This document shows positions 53,102-63,641 of a DNA stretch of 64,000 nt, in pieces; within the stretch, counting starts at the first letter, position 1, and every line of letters begins with the position of its first letter. Made by a program: the position numbers and the translations under genes. This stretch comes from an uncultured Planctomycetaceae bacterium (lineage in GTDB: Bacteria; Planctomycetota; Planctomycetia; Pirellulales; PALSA-1355): the NCBI GenBank assembly GCA_963785305.1, contig CAWAUV010000007.1:1472001-1536000 (forward strand), given 5' to 3'. The notes under the pieces were generated by a model that worked only from the letters and a program-made list of their open reading frames with translations, had not been told where the DNA came from and made no database searches.

Positions 53102-54639
53102 ATGGCGCTTGACTCGAACGTGCATCGGGATCGAACTTCACGATTCGCTTCCCTCGCCGTGTTTGTCGGCGCGATCTTGTTTTTGGGGGGAACTCGAACC
53201 ATGGCCGCCGATCCGCCGACTTCCGACGCCAAAAGCGCCACCGACTCGCCCCCAGCAGCTCCCGAGAGTCCAGTGGTCGCGGCCAAAACCTTGAGCGCTT
53301 CTCAAAATCGCTTTCCCGACATCGAGCAATTGCCCGTGGTCGAGGCGCTGCCCGATCCGTTGCAAATGCTGGGCGGCGAGACCATCGCGTCGCTCGAGGA
53401 TTGGAACGGCAAGCGCAAGCCCGAACTGAAGACGCTATTCCAGCATTACATGTATGGCCCGCTTCCGCCGGTCGCGCCGATACAGGTCGAAATTCGCCGC
53501 GTGGATCGCGACGCGCTCGGCGGCAAGGCCACGCTCAAGCAGGTTGCGATTCAATGTGGCCCGGCCGGCGCGCAACGATCGATCTTCTGCTCGTCGTGCC
53601 CAATCCCGGTGTCGCGAAGGCGACTGGCGAACAGGCCAAGCGGCCCGGCGTGATCCTGGGGCTCAACTTCACCGGCAATCACACGGTTCTCGCCGATCCG
53701 CGGATCGCGCTCGCCCGCGGCTGGGTCGGCAAAGGCCCTGGCGTGGTCGATCATCGCGCGACCGACGCCAGCCGCGGAACCGGCAGCGGGCAGTGGCAGG
53801 CGGAGATGGTCGTCGACCGCGGCTATGCGCTCGCGACGTTTTACTATGGCGACATCATGCCCGACGATCCGCGAGAAGCCGCCGGGGCCGTGGCTTTCTT
53901 TCGCGGCCTCGTCGCGGCCGGCGTGCAAGCGCCTGTCGCGAGCGCGCCGGTTGCCGTGCCCAATCCGGGAGCGCCGGCCGAAGCGAGCGCGGAAGCGTCG
54001 CTCAATGCGAGCGAGGCGGCGCCGGCGGTCGAGGGTCCCGGCGCGATTCTGGCTTGGGCCTGGGGACTGCATCGCGCGGTCGATTATCTTGTCATCGATC
54101 CGGAGATCGAAGCTCGCGACATCACCGTGTATGGCCACTCGCGCAATGGCAAGGCGGCGCTCGTGGCCGGCGCGTTCGACGAGCGTATTCGCGCCATCAT
54201 CCCGCATCAGGCCGGTTGCGGCGGCTCGGCCCCCAGCCGCTGCCACAATCCCAAGGCCGAAACCGTCACCCGCATCAACAAATCGTTTCCCCACTGGTTC
54301 GACGCCGAATTCAAGAAGTTCAGCGGTCGCGAGGATCGGCTGCCCTTCGATCAAAACGGGCTCGTGGCTTTGTGCTTTCCCCGCGCCGTGTTTTTCACCG
54401 CTGGCGACAAGGACCAATGGGCCAATCCGGCCGGCCAGCTCGAAATATTGAAAGCGGCCGGAAAAGTGTATCGCCAGTTTGGCGTCGAGGGCATCGACGA
54501 ACAGGCCGAAGCCAAGTTCGACGAGCGCATCGGCGCCCGATTGTGCTACCTGCTTCGCGACGCCGAGCACACGATCGACGCGAAATACTGGCAAGCGTTT
54601 CTCGACTTCGCCGACGACTCGCGCTCGCCGCGGCCCTAG
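53102..54639 (+). CDS. Secreted CE15 (glucuronoyl esterase)-like alpha/beta hydrolase (frameshift ~53570)
   Basis: Signal peptide, LPDPL, AWAWG..RAVDYL, GHSRNGK, AGCGG, FPHWF, LPFDQ, DQWANP. Confidence 0.85.
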
Positions 54640-54746
54640 CGCGAGACGCCCCCCGTGGCGGCTTGTCCGCCGCCGGCTTACCCGTTAGGCTACGCGAGTC
54701 ACTATTATCCCCGGCGCCCGAAGCGCGACTTTTTTTGCAAACAGCC

Positions 54747-55978
54747 ATGAGCGATCCTTATTTCCAAAAGCTTTTCGCCGAACGCATCGGCGGCGCCAAC
54801 TACGGCAAAGGCACGGCGATCTACAAGTTCGAGAAGATCAAGCGCGCCAAGCGCAAGGCCCTGGCCGATCATCCGGAGCGAAAGCTCATCGACTTCGGCA
54901 TCGGCGAAAACGACGAAATGGCCCCGCCCTCGGTGCGCGAGGCCATGGCCCACGAAATCAATCAGCCGGCCAACCGCGGCTATGCCGACAACGGCGTGGC
55001 TTCGTATCGCGAAGCCGCGGCGCGGTTCATGAAGCGCAATTTCAATGTGGACCTCGACCCGGCGACCGAGATCAATCATTGCATCGGCTCGAAAACCGCG
55101 CTCGCCATGTTGCCCGCCGCCTTCATCAATCCCGGCGATGTCACCCTGATGACCGTGCCCGGCTATCCGGTCGCCGGCACGCATACGCGTTATCTCGGCG
55201 GAACGGTCGTATCACTACCGCTGGTGGCCGACAACGATTTTTTTCCCGATCTCAAGGCGATTCCGGCCGAAACGCTCGAGCGCGCAAGCTGCTCGTGATC
55301 TGCTATCCGAACAGCCCCACCGGCAAGGCGGCGACGCGCGCGTTTTACGAACAAGTGATCGACGTTGCCAGGCGACACGAAATCGTGGTGGTGCAAGACG
55401 CGGCGCATATCATGTTGTCGTACTCGGCGCCCCCATTGAGCTTTCTTTCCGTGCCGGGCGCCAAGGATGTGGGCGTGGAAGTGCATTCCATGAGCAAGGG
55501 CTTCCACATGATCGGCTGGCGGCTCGGTTGGGTCTGTGGCAACGCGAAAATCGTGCAGGCGTTTGCCGATATCAAGGACAACAGCGACTCGGGCCAGTTC
55601 ATCGCCATTCAAAACGCCGCCGCCCGAGCGCTCGACGACGAGAGCATTCCGATCGGCGTGCGAGCTAAATACGAGCGTCGGCTCAAAAAGCTCGTGGCCA
55701 CCCTCTCGCGCTGCGGCTTTACGTGCCGCATGCCCGAGGGCACGTATTTTCTCTATACACCGAGCCCGAAGGGATTGGCCGATGGCTTGCGATTCGAGAC
55801 CGCCGAGGCGGCGAGCCAATATCTGATCACCGAGCATTCGATCTGCACGGTTCCCTGGGACGACGCCGGTCCGCACTTGCGGTTTTCGGTCACCTATGAA
55901 GCGCCGACCGAAGCCGAGGAAGACGCACTGATGGCGGCGACCGAAGCGCGGCTCAAACAACTCCGGCCAGTGTTTTAG
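54747..55978 (+). CDS. dapL: LL-diaminopimelate aminotransferase (frameshift ~55288)
   Basis: [57 protein letters not shown]. Confidence 0.88.
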
Positions 55979-56210
55979 TCGCCAGATTTTGGGCGACTTG
56001 GGGCATCGGGGAAGGCTGGGAGTCGCCAGACGCCCTTTTGCCCGGATCGTTTCTTCGCTACGATTTGACTTCCGCTTCGCGAGACGATCCTCTCCGGGCG
56101 GCGCCGCCGGCGGGGCCGCGATCCCAATGATCCCAGTGCAAATTTCACCGCGGCGACGCGCGGGCCGCGATCAGGCATTTTTTTACTATTACCGAGCGAG
56201 GATTTTTCCC

Positions 56211-56861
56211 ATGGGCAATGACACCAACGTCGTCTGGCACGAACAAAGCGTCTCTCGCGCCGAGCGCGAAAAGAAAAACGGCCACAAAGGCTGCGTGGTC
56301 TGGTTCACCGGGCTGAGCGCCTGCGGAAAGAGCACGATCTCGAACTTGGTCGATCACAAGCTGCATGCCCAAGGCGTGCAAAGCTATGTGCTCGATGGCG
56401 ACAATGTGCGCCACGGCCTCAACGCCGGCCCGGGCATGCTCAAGGAGCGCCATGGCGAAGAATTCGCCAAGCGGTTCGGGCTTGGATTTTCGGCCCAAGA
56501 CCGCGAGGAAAACATCCGCCGAATCGGCGCCGTGGCCAAGCTATTCGCCGAAGCCGGCTCGGTGGCGCTCACCGCGTTTATCAGCCCCTATCGCCGCGAT
56601 CGCGACGCGGTTCGCGGCGCCCTGGGCGCCGACTTCGTGGAAGTGTTCGTCGACGCTCCGCTCGATGTGTGCGAAAAGCGCGATCCGAAGGGTCTGTACA
56701 AGAAGGCCCGCGCTGGCGAAATCAAGGGCTTCACCGGCATCGACGATCCGTACGAAGCCCCGGCGAAGCCGGAACTGGTGCTCGACGCGGGAACCAAGTC
56801 GGCCGAGACACTGGCCGACGAAGTGATCGCCTATCTGCGCAAGAGCGGCCGCATCTCGTAG
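56211..56861 (+). CDS. cysC: Adenylyl-sulfate kinase
   Basis: [62 protein letters not shown]. Confidence 0.96.
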   Translation: MGNDTNVVWHEQSVSRAEREKKNGHKGCVVWFTGLSACGKSTISNLVDHKLHAQGVQSYVLDGDNVRHGLNAGPGMLKERHGEEFAKRFGLGFSAQDREENIRRIGAVAKLFAEAGSVALTAFISPYRRDRDAVRGALGADFVEVFVDAPLDVCEKRDPKGLYKKARAGEIKGFTGIDDPYEAPAKPELVLDAGTKSAETLADEVIAYLRKSGRIS

Positions 56862-56917
56862 CCGATATCTCGTAACCGATTTGGTTGACCTCGCCGCGGG
56901 GCGAATGCTAGTTATTA

Positions 56918-57006
56918 GCCACGGAAGAACACGAAATAAACACGGAAAAATCCGGAGCGGGAAACCTCGGAATCTTTTCGGTGTTTTGTCCGTGTTCTTC
57001 CGTGGC
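56918..57006. repeat. Intergenic ~32-bp imperfect inverted repeat (GCCACGGAAGAACACG...)
   Basis: Arms 56918-56949 and 56975-57006, outer 16 bp perfect, internal CACG(G/A)A sub-repeats. Confidence 0.85.
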
Positions 57007-57263
57007 AAGTTTTTTTTAGCAGCACTTCGGCTTCAGCGGCGCATTCCTGATGGCGGCGATTCTCTATCTGGCCGGTAAACTTTCCCCGGTCTTCGCCGCC
57101 GACTCGCCTTGACGGGCTTGCGGCTTCCGCCTATTGTCCGCCCCGCAAGCACCAGCGCCGGCATCGCATGCTGGCGCCGCCGCGATCGAATTCGCTTGCA
57201 AACCTGTGCGACGTTTTGGGCGTCGCAGCGCGGCGACTTGGAGAATCACGGAGCCCTTTGGCA

Positions 57264-57458
57264 ATGAGAAAGTTGCTCTTGCTGACAACGGTCGTGGCCA
57301 TGCTTGGCTCGACCGGCTGTTACTACCATCCGTTTCAGCGCGGGTATACCTGCGCTCCGCCGGTGTACAGCCAGCCGACCTATGCCCCGCCGACCGCCGT
57401 TCCGGCGTACGCCCCCGCGTGCCAGCCGGTGGTTGTGCAGCAGTGTCCTTGCAATTGA
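57264..57458 (+). CDS. Small Cys/Pro/Tyr-rich lipoprotein
   Basis: MRKLLLLTTVVAMLGSTG|C lipobox, GGAG RBS, ends QQCPCN. Confidence 0.75.
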   Translation: MRKLLLLTTVVAMLGSTGCYYHPFQRGYTCAPPVYSQPTYAPPTAVPAYAPACQPVVVQQCPCN

Positions 57459-57590
57459 CCGCCAGCCTCGCCCGCGGTCGAAGCGGCGCCTTGCCGCCTC
57501 GCGTTCGAACCCCGCAATGCCCGCGATGCTCGCCCGCCGAATCCTTTGTTTGCCCCCGCCGGTTTGCCCGTGAGCGGAGCGCTCCCTCCA

Positions 57591-59249
57591 ATGCACCGCA
57601 TCGCCCTCTGGATTCGCTCGCGCGTTCGGCTCGATCTATTGGCGGTGGTCGGGGTGCTCGCGGGCGTGTCGCTCTGGATCGACTTTAGCCGCATCCAGTC
57701 GCGGCAAAATGGCGATTCGCTCGTCATGTCGCTCGTCAGCCTCTACCACTGGACACCTCTTTTCTGGGAGCAAGACCGACTGGGCATGCTTGTGCCCGCG
57801 CTGGCGACGCCGTTTCGCTCGCCGCTGGGCAATATGCTGGCCCAGGCCGGGCTCACGATCTTCTCCGGCCTGGCGAGCTTTTTTTTGCTCGGTTACTATC
57901 TCGCGGGCCGTCGTCGCGGGCTCGCGATCGGCGCCGTGAGCGCGATTTTGTTCTTGCTGCTCAATCGTGAATCGCGTCGGTTTGGATACCTGGTATACAT
58001 CCATCAGTTCGCGACCTCGACCACGCTCGCGCTTCTGGCGCTCCTGGCGATCGAACATGCCGCTCGTGGCCAGCGCCGCCCAGGCTGGAGCGGGCTCTGG
58101 CCTTGGCCCACGGCCTTCGGCCTTCTGGGGCTCGCGCTGTGGGTCAATCCGGCGGCGGCTTTTGCCATCGGTCCATTGGTGCTGGCCCGCCGCGCGCTGG
58201 CTGGCCGGCGAGCCCGAGAGTTCGACTCCGACGATGGCTATCTCGAAGCGTGTGATCCGGCTCTGGACACGGCGTCGCCGGCCATCGCCGCGGACTCCGA
58301 AAGTTGGGCCGACCGGCCGCGATGGCTCGGGCTCACCGACGGCGATCTATTTGCGCTCGCGGCGATCGCCCTCGGATTGGGGCTGAGCATGGCGATCTCG
58401 CGCTCGGCCGCGACCGAAGCGGCCGAGTATCATTTGCTTGGCCCCCGGGCATGGTTGGCCTGCGCCTGGGGCGTGGCTCGCGACTTGCCCGGCCAGCTCG
58501 ATGGGCGTTGGTTCTGGACGATGCTCGTCGTGGCCGCCTTGGGCTTCGTGCCGCTGTGTTGGCCCGCCGGACGGCGCGCGGCGCGCGGCAGCGGCGCCGT
58601 AGCGCTGGCTCTTCTCCTGGCGGCGGCGGCGCAGTATGCGTTTGTGACGAGCCTTGAGCATGTGCATCGCACCGACTTCGGGCACTATGCGTTCACGGCG
58701 GTTTTTTTATGGCAGGGCGCATGCGTGGCGTTTTGCGTGCTGCAATGGGCGGCCGTGGCGCCCCGCGAGCATGCGTGGACTTTTCGCGCACCGTGGGCGC
58801 TGCTGGCCCTGTTCGCGGTGCTGGCGGCGGCGCGGCATGGCCGGCCCGGGCTCGATGTAGTGCGTCGCTCGCTGGCCGAGAGCATCGGCCGCTACTCCGG
58901 CGAGGTGCTTGCTCGCGGGGCAACGCATGTGGCCGGCGATTATACCGATGTCTGGACCACGGTGTTTCACGCCAATATGTTGCTCGCCCAGCGGGGCGAA
59001 GATCGCGTGGTGTGGGGCATTGCCGCGCGCGCGGCGCCGACGGCCGATCGCTGGCGAGCCGTGCCCGCGGACCAGACTCGCGTCGCCGTGCTCCGCGGAC
59101 AAGAGACAGCGGCCCATGCGGCGCTCGCGCGCTACGGAGTTGGCCCGCTGGCGGTGGATGTCGAGGGGCAAACGCTGCGTCTCGAGCGGCCCCTGGCGGC
59201 GCTCGAGGCGGATCGCCGGTCGGTTGAAGCCCCGGGACAATCACGTTAG
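57591..59249 (+). CDS. Polytopic membrane protein, possibly GT-C-like
   Basis: TM1, then NGDS..FWEQDRLGML loop, ~11-12 TMs, soluble C-terminal domain with GDY..W. Confidence 0.7.
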   Translation: MHRIALWIRSRVRLDLLAVVGVLAGVSLWIDFSRIQSRQNGDSLVMSLVSLYHWTPLFWEQDRLGMLVPALATPFRSPLGNMLAQAGLTIFSGLASFFLLGYYLAGRRRGLAIGAVSAILFLLLNRESRRFGYLVYIHQFATSTTLALLALLAIEHAARGQRRPGWSGLWPWPTAFGLLGLALWVNPAAAFAIGPLVLARRALAGRRAREFDSDDGYLEACDPALDTASPAIAADSESWADRPRWLGLTDGDLFALAAIALGLGLSMAISRSAATEAAEYHLLGPRAWLACAWGVARDLPGQLDGRWFWTMLVVAALGFVPLCWPAGRRAARGSGAVALALLLAAAAQYAFVTSLEHVHRTDFGHYAFTAVFLWQGACVAFCVLQWAAVAPREHAWTFRAPWALLALFAVLAAARHGRPGLDVVRRSLAESIGRYSGEVLARGATHVAGDYTDVWTTVFHANMLLAQRGEDRVVWGIAARAAPTADRWRAVPADQTRVAVLRGQETAAHAALARYGVGPLAVDVEGQTLRLERPLAALEADRRSVEAPGQSR

Positions 59250-59364
59250 ACTCCGGATTGACGAATTCGGTCGCCGGACGGGCATCGCCGCCGCATGCCA
59301 CGCGACGTTTGTCCGGCTTCTACAACTCCCGCGGCTCCCCCCCATGGTTTGAGGCGTCGGTCGA

Positions 59365-60843
59365 ATGGGCTCGATGCGATTTCTGGTTCTGCGCCGCGAT
59401 TTGGCGCCCAGCGACGCCGCGGAGCGGGCCACCATGACCGGGCTCGAGGAGATTCCCTGGCAAACCCGCGTGCAGTGGACCGACGAGGGGCTGCTCGTTC
59501 GCCGCTCCGAATCGGAGTCGGGCTGCTTTCAAATTCCGTGGCTCGTGGCCGGCATGGGCGAAATCATGTTGGCCACCACTTCGCTCATGGAGCGCGCGGC
59601 CGTATCACTTGCCGGTCGAGCTCGCGCGGGGGGCGGTGCATCGCGTGCGCAATCAGTTGGCGCTCTGGCAAGGCATCGGCCTTGAATCACCGCCGGGGTT
59701 CGACGCGCAGCTCAAGGCGGCGATCGGTCATATGGCCCAGGCGGCGATCTCGCAAGACGATCTTTCGGTCTCGACCGCCGCCGCCCAGCGAGCGATCGCC
59801 GCCGCGCAAGAGGCGATGCGCGTGTTGGTGCGAGGCTATGTCGATCAATCGCTCGCGGCCCGGCAGCGGCAGAATGTCAAAGGGCAGAAGGCGCTCGGCG
59901 TGAGTTTGGGCCGCGCGGTGCTCAAGGAATCGGTGCAGCGCGACATTGTTTCCACCTTCAACGCCGCCATGATTCCGCTGCCCTGGAAAGAACTCGAACC
60001 GCGCGAGGGAAAATTCGACTGGACCCTGGCCGATCGCCAAATCGAATGGTGCCGGCTCAACAATCTCAGACCCTTTGCCGGACCGGTGCTCCAGCTCGAT
60101 CGGGCTTCGCTGCCCGACTGGCTCTATCTTTGGGAAGGCGACTTCGAGAATCTCGCCTCGCTCATGGTGGGACAAATCAAAACCGTGGTGAATCGCTACA
60201 AAGGCAAAGTCGCGCTCTGGACCTGTTCGGCCGGGCTCAACACGGCCGAAGCGATGTCGCTTAGCGAGGAAGAACGCTTGCGACTGGCCGTGATGTCGGT
60301 CGAAGCCACGCGCGAGACCGATGCCCGCGCCGCCGTGGTGCTCGCGATCGATCAGCCCTGGGGCGAATTCATGGGCCGGCAACCATGCGATTTTTCGCCG
60401 CTGCATTTCGCCGACGCGCTCGGCGCAGCGAGATCGGGCTCACCGGTTTTTGTCTCGACGTGAATCTCGGCTACCACCCCCGGGGCACGCAGCCGCGCGA
60501 CGCCCTCGACTTCAGCCGCCAGATCGATCGCTGGAGCTGCCTGGGTCTGCCGCTCGTGGTGCGCCTGATCCTGCCGAGCGACTCGGGACCCGACCCTCGC
60601 GCGACCGTGACCGCCGAACCGCTCGGAGCGGGCACGGCGCCGTCGCCGGAACGACAGGCCGCATTGCTTGGCGAGATTTTGCCGCTCTTATTGGTGAAGC
60701 CGATGGTGCAAGCGGTCGTGTGGCGGCAACTGCTCGACAGCGCGCCGCATGAATACGCGCACGGCGGACTCTTCGACCCCGCGCAGGCGGCCAAGCCGGC
60801 GCTCGCCGTGTTGCAGGCCGCGAGGAAAAAATACCTCGGGTGA
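59365..60843 (+). CDS. GH10-like TIM-barrel protein, probably non-catalytic (frameshifts ~59597, ~60420)
   Basis: FNAAMIP..WKELEPREGKFDW..ADRQIEWC, LPDWL, VVNRYKGKV..W, C-terminal GLFD...AKPAL. Confidence 0.7.
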
Positions 60844-60862
60844 CTCGGCGCGCCGCGGGTCG

Positions 60863-62656
60863 CTAGCGGCCGCGGAATACGAAGTCGGCGAACGAAGTCG
60901 TGGCTCGGTCGTCGTTGTGGGACAGTTCGTGCAGGTTTCGGCGGATGCGGCGATCGGCGGTCAGCAAATAATAGCGGCCCGCGGCGAAGCCCTGGGCGTC
61001 GGCCACGCCGTAGTTCAGCCGGTTGAGCACCGCGGCGCTCACATAAAGCTCGGTCGCGGAGTCGGCGATTCGGGCCAATTGATATTGCCGCTCGAGCACC
61101 GCCTCGCGATGGACGCGCAGCAGCCGCTCGACATGCGACCCGAACCGCCGGATCAGCCAGCCCAGCCGGGCCGCGTCGGCCTCGAGGCGGCGATCGCGCA
61201 CTCGAATCATCGGCGCCCGCCACATGGAGCGGAGCCGCTTGTGGGCAAAGCGGCCAAGCTGTCCGGCATGGCTCCACGGTCGATGCAGCGCGTCCCAGAC
61301 GCTCTTCAGCTCGAGCCCCACGTCGCGCATGCCCACCAGCGCCACGAACACCCGAAGCACATCATTGGCCCCCTCGCCGATCATGTTGATCCGCCCGTCG
61401 CGGAGCATGCGCTCGTAGGGCTCATCGGTGAAGTAGGCCTTGCCGCCGAAGATCTGAATCGTGTCGTTGATGATCCGCCACAGCGTGTCGGTGGCGAACA
61501 CCTTGAGCATCGCGGTTTCGATCATGTAGTCGTCGGCGCCCGAGTCGATCAGGGCCGAAGTCTGATAGGTGGCCGACTCCATGGCGAAGGCGCCGGCCGC
61601 CATGTGCGCCAGCTTGTCTTTCACGAGCTCAAACGCGGCCAGCGGCTGCTGGAACTGCACCCGAGACAGCGCATGCGCCCGGGCTCGCTCGAGGCAGAAT
61701 TTGGCGGCGCCGGTGCAACTGGCGCCAAACGTCACGCGGCCGTAGTCGAGCACGGTGAGGGCCACCTTGAGCCCCTTGCCCAACTGACCGAGGATGTTCT
61801 CGCGGGGCACGAACATATCGTGAAACGCCAAACGCGAAGTGGCCGTGCCGCGCACTCCGCACTTGGGCATTCGCTCTTCCACGACCTCGAAGCCCGGCAT
61901 GTCGGGTGTGACGATAAACGCCGTGACCTTGCCTTTGTTGCCCGACGAGGCGTCGGGGGCGCCTTTGTTGCCCGACGAGGCGTCGGGAGCGCCTTTGCCC
62001 GACCCGGCGTCGGGGGTGCGGGCCATGACCGTGAGTATGCGGGCAATGCCGCCATTGGTGATCCAACGCTTTTGGCCGTTGAGCACATAACCGGCGCCGT
62101 CGGGCGTGGGCGTGGCGGTCGTTTGCACATTCGCCGCGTCGCTCCCCGCCTCGGGCTCCGTGAGCGCGAAAGCGCTGATCGCCTCGCCGCTGGCCAGGGC
62201 CGGCAAATAGCGGGCCTGCTGCTCCTCGGTTCCAAAAAGCACGAGTGCCCGCGGTCCGATCGAATGATGCGCGTTGACGAACAGCGCCGTGCTGGCGCAG
62301 TGTCCGCCGAGCACTTCGATCAAGCGGCAATAGCCGGTTTGGGACATGCCGCGCCCGCCGAACCGAGGCGGCAAACACGCCCCGAGCACGCCGAGCTCGC
62401 CCAAGCCGCGAACGACCGAATCGGGAATCCGGGCATCGCGATCGATCGCCACCGGATCGATGCCGTCATGGCAGAATTGGCGCAGTTGAGCGACGCGCTG
62501 CTCGACATCGGCCGAATATCGCTGCGGATACGTCAAGAGCTTGTGCCCGGCGAATTTGCCGTAATACAGCGCCTTGGCGAAGCCGTGTTTCGTAAGCTGG
62601 TCGCCGAGCATTTCCTCGGCTTCCGCCATCTGACGTTCGCGGTCGACCGGTCGCAT
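60863..62656 (-). CDS. Acyl-CoA dehydrogenase (VLCAD/ACAD9-like)
   Basis: AHHSIG, AFALTEPEAGSDA, LNGQKRWITNG, K.GVRGT.T, LDYGR, RVQF, IQIFGG, RDGRINMIGEGANDV. Confidence 0.94.
   Translation of the reverse strand: MRPVDRERQMAEAEEMLGDQLTKHGFAKALYYGKFAGHKLLTYPQRYSADVEQRVAQLRQFCHDGIDPVAIDRDARIPDSVVRGLGELGVLGACLPPRFGGRGMSQTGYCRLIEVLGGHCASTALFVNAHHSIGPRALVLFGTEEQQARYLPALASGEAISAFALTEPEAGSDAANVQTTATPTPDGAGYVLNGQKRWITNGGIARILTVMARTPDAGSGKGAPDASSGNKGAPDASSGNKGKVTAFIVTPDMPGFEVVEERMPKCGVRGTATSRLAFHDMFVPRENILGQLGKGLKVALTVLDYGRVTFGASCTGAAKFCLERARAHALSRVQFQQPLAAFELVKDKLAHMAAGAFAMESATYQTSALIDSGADDYMIETAMLKVFATDTLWRIINDTIQIFGGKAYFTDEPYERMLRDGRINMIGEGANDVLRVFVALVGMRDVGLELKSVWDALHRPWSHAGQLGRFAHKRLRSMWRAPMIRVRDRRLEADAARLGWLIRRFGSHVERLLRVHREAVLERQYQLARIADSATELYVSAAVLNRLNYGVADAQGFAAGRYYLLTADRRIRRNLHELSHNDDRATTSFADFVFRGR
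61931..62015. repeat. 30-bp in-frame tandem repeat (PDASSGNKGA) in the acyl-CoA dehydrogenase
   Basis: GCCTTTGTTGCCCGACGAGGCGTCGGG(G/A)GC x2 plus a shorter degenerate third copy. Confidence 0.9.
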
Positions 62657-62981
62657 GGGGAGTTTTGCCTCGTTGAAGTTCGCTGGACACGGGCGCGGGG
62701 AGGGGAAAGGAACCGGGCGTTCATCGTCCGCTGAATTATCGCTCTCGAACGCGACCGAGGCAACGCGGCAAACTTTGTCGATTGGGCAGGCAGTGCGGCT
62801 GGCGCCGATCGCGCGGCCGCGCAATGGTTAAATTCGGACGCCCGCGAGCCGATCCGAGAAAGTGCCCGCGGCCCGGTGTTCGATGAACATTGCAGGGCGC
62901 CTCGGTGAATTCAAGGTCGGGGTCCAAGACCATTGCAAACGGATGGCGCCCATTTACGACAAGAGGAAGGAAACGCGAACC

Positions 62982-63641
62982 ATGGCCTCAGCTTTGCGAA
63001 TGTACCTATTGACGGCTTTCGTGCTCGCGACGGCGGCCCCGCTCACCGCCGAGGATTGCGGTCCCAAGGGCAATTGCGGCTCGCAATGCGACGCCGATCA
63101 GTGCCAAGCCTGCGGCCGGCACTGCCAATGCGGCAAGACATGCCGGCTCGTGCCGGGCACGCGCAAGGTCTCCAAGACATGCTACTCCTGCAAATGCGAG
63201 GATATTTGCATTCCCAACCCCAGCAAATATTGCGGAAAGACGTGCGAGGCCGAAAAGGACCCCTGCACCGGTTGCGTTAAATGCGTGAAGAAAGAACACT
63301 GGACCCCATCGCCCTGCGGACGCATCATCACCCAGCGCAGCCTGGTGAAAAAGGAAGTCGTCAAGGAAGTGCCCGCGTATAAGTGGGAAGTGGTGCATTT
63401 GTGCCCGGCTTGCCAGCGCTCCGCCGAGATGAAGAATCGCGCAGTGCCGAAGGAGATGATCGTCGACGATACGATTCCGGCCGACGAAGTGGCGGGCGAC
63501 GTGGCCCTGGCCTCGGCCTCGGAGCCCATGAACGCGGAAGCCATTGACACGAAGTCCGCGGCCTCCGAAGCGGCCGCCAGCGCGCGGGCGCCGATCGCGC
63601 GGCGGGCGGCAGTCCGTCGCAATCGCTCAAACGGAAATTGA
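62982..63641 (+). CDS. Secreted cysteine-rich protein
   Basis: AGGAAGGA RBS, signal peptide, about 20 Cys in ~120 residues, KKEV..EVPAYKWEVV.LC..C. Confidence 0.8.
   Translation: MASALRMYLLTAFVLATAAPLTAEDCGPKGNCGSQCDADQCQACGRHCQCGKTCRLVPGTRKVSKTCYSCKCEDICIPNPSKYCGKTCEAEKDPCTGCVKCVKKEHWTPSPCGRIITQRSLVKKEVVKEVPAYKWEVVHLCPACQRSAEMKNRAVPKEMIVDDTIPADEVAGDVALASASEPMNAEAIDTKSAASEAAASARAPIARRAAVRRNRSNGN

Noticed and set aside
53454..55298. Apparent 614-aa fusion ending in DapL
   Set aside because: Off-frame read-through of the esterase gene; DapL starts at 54747.
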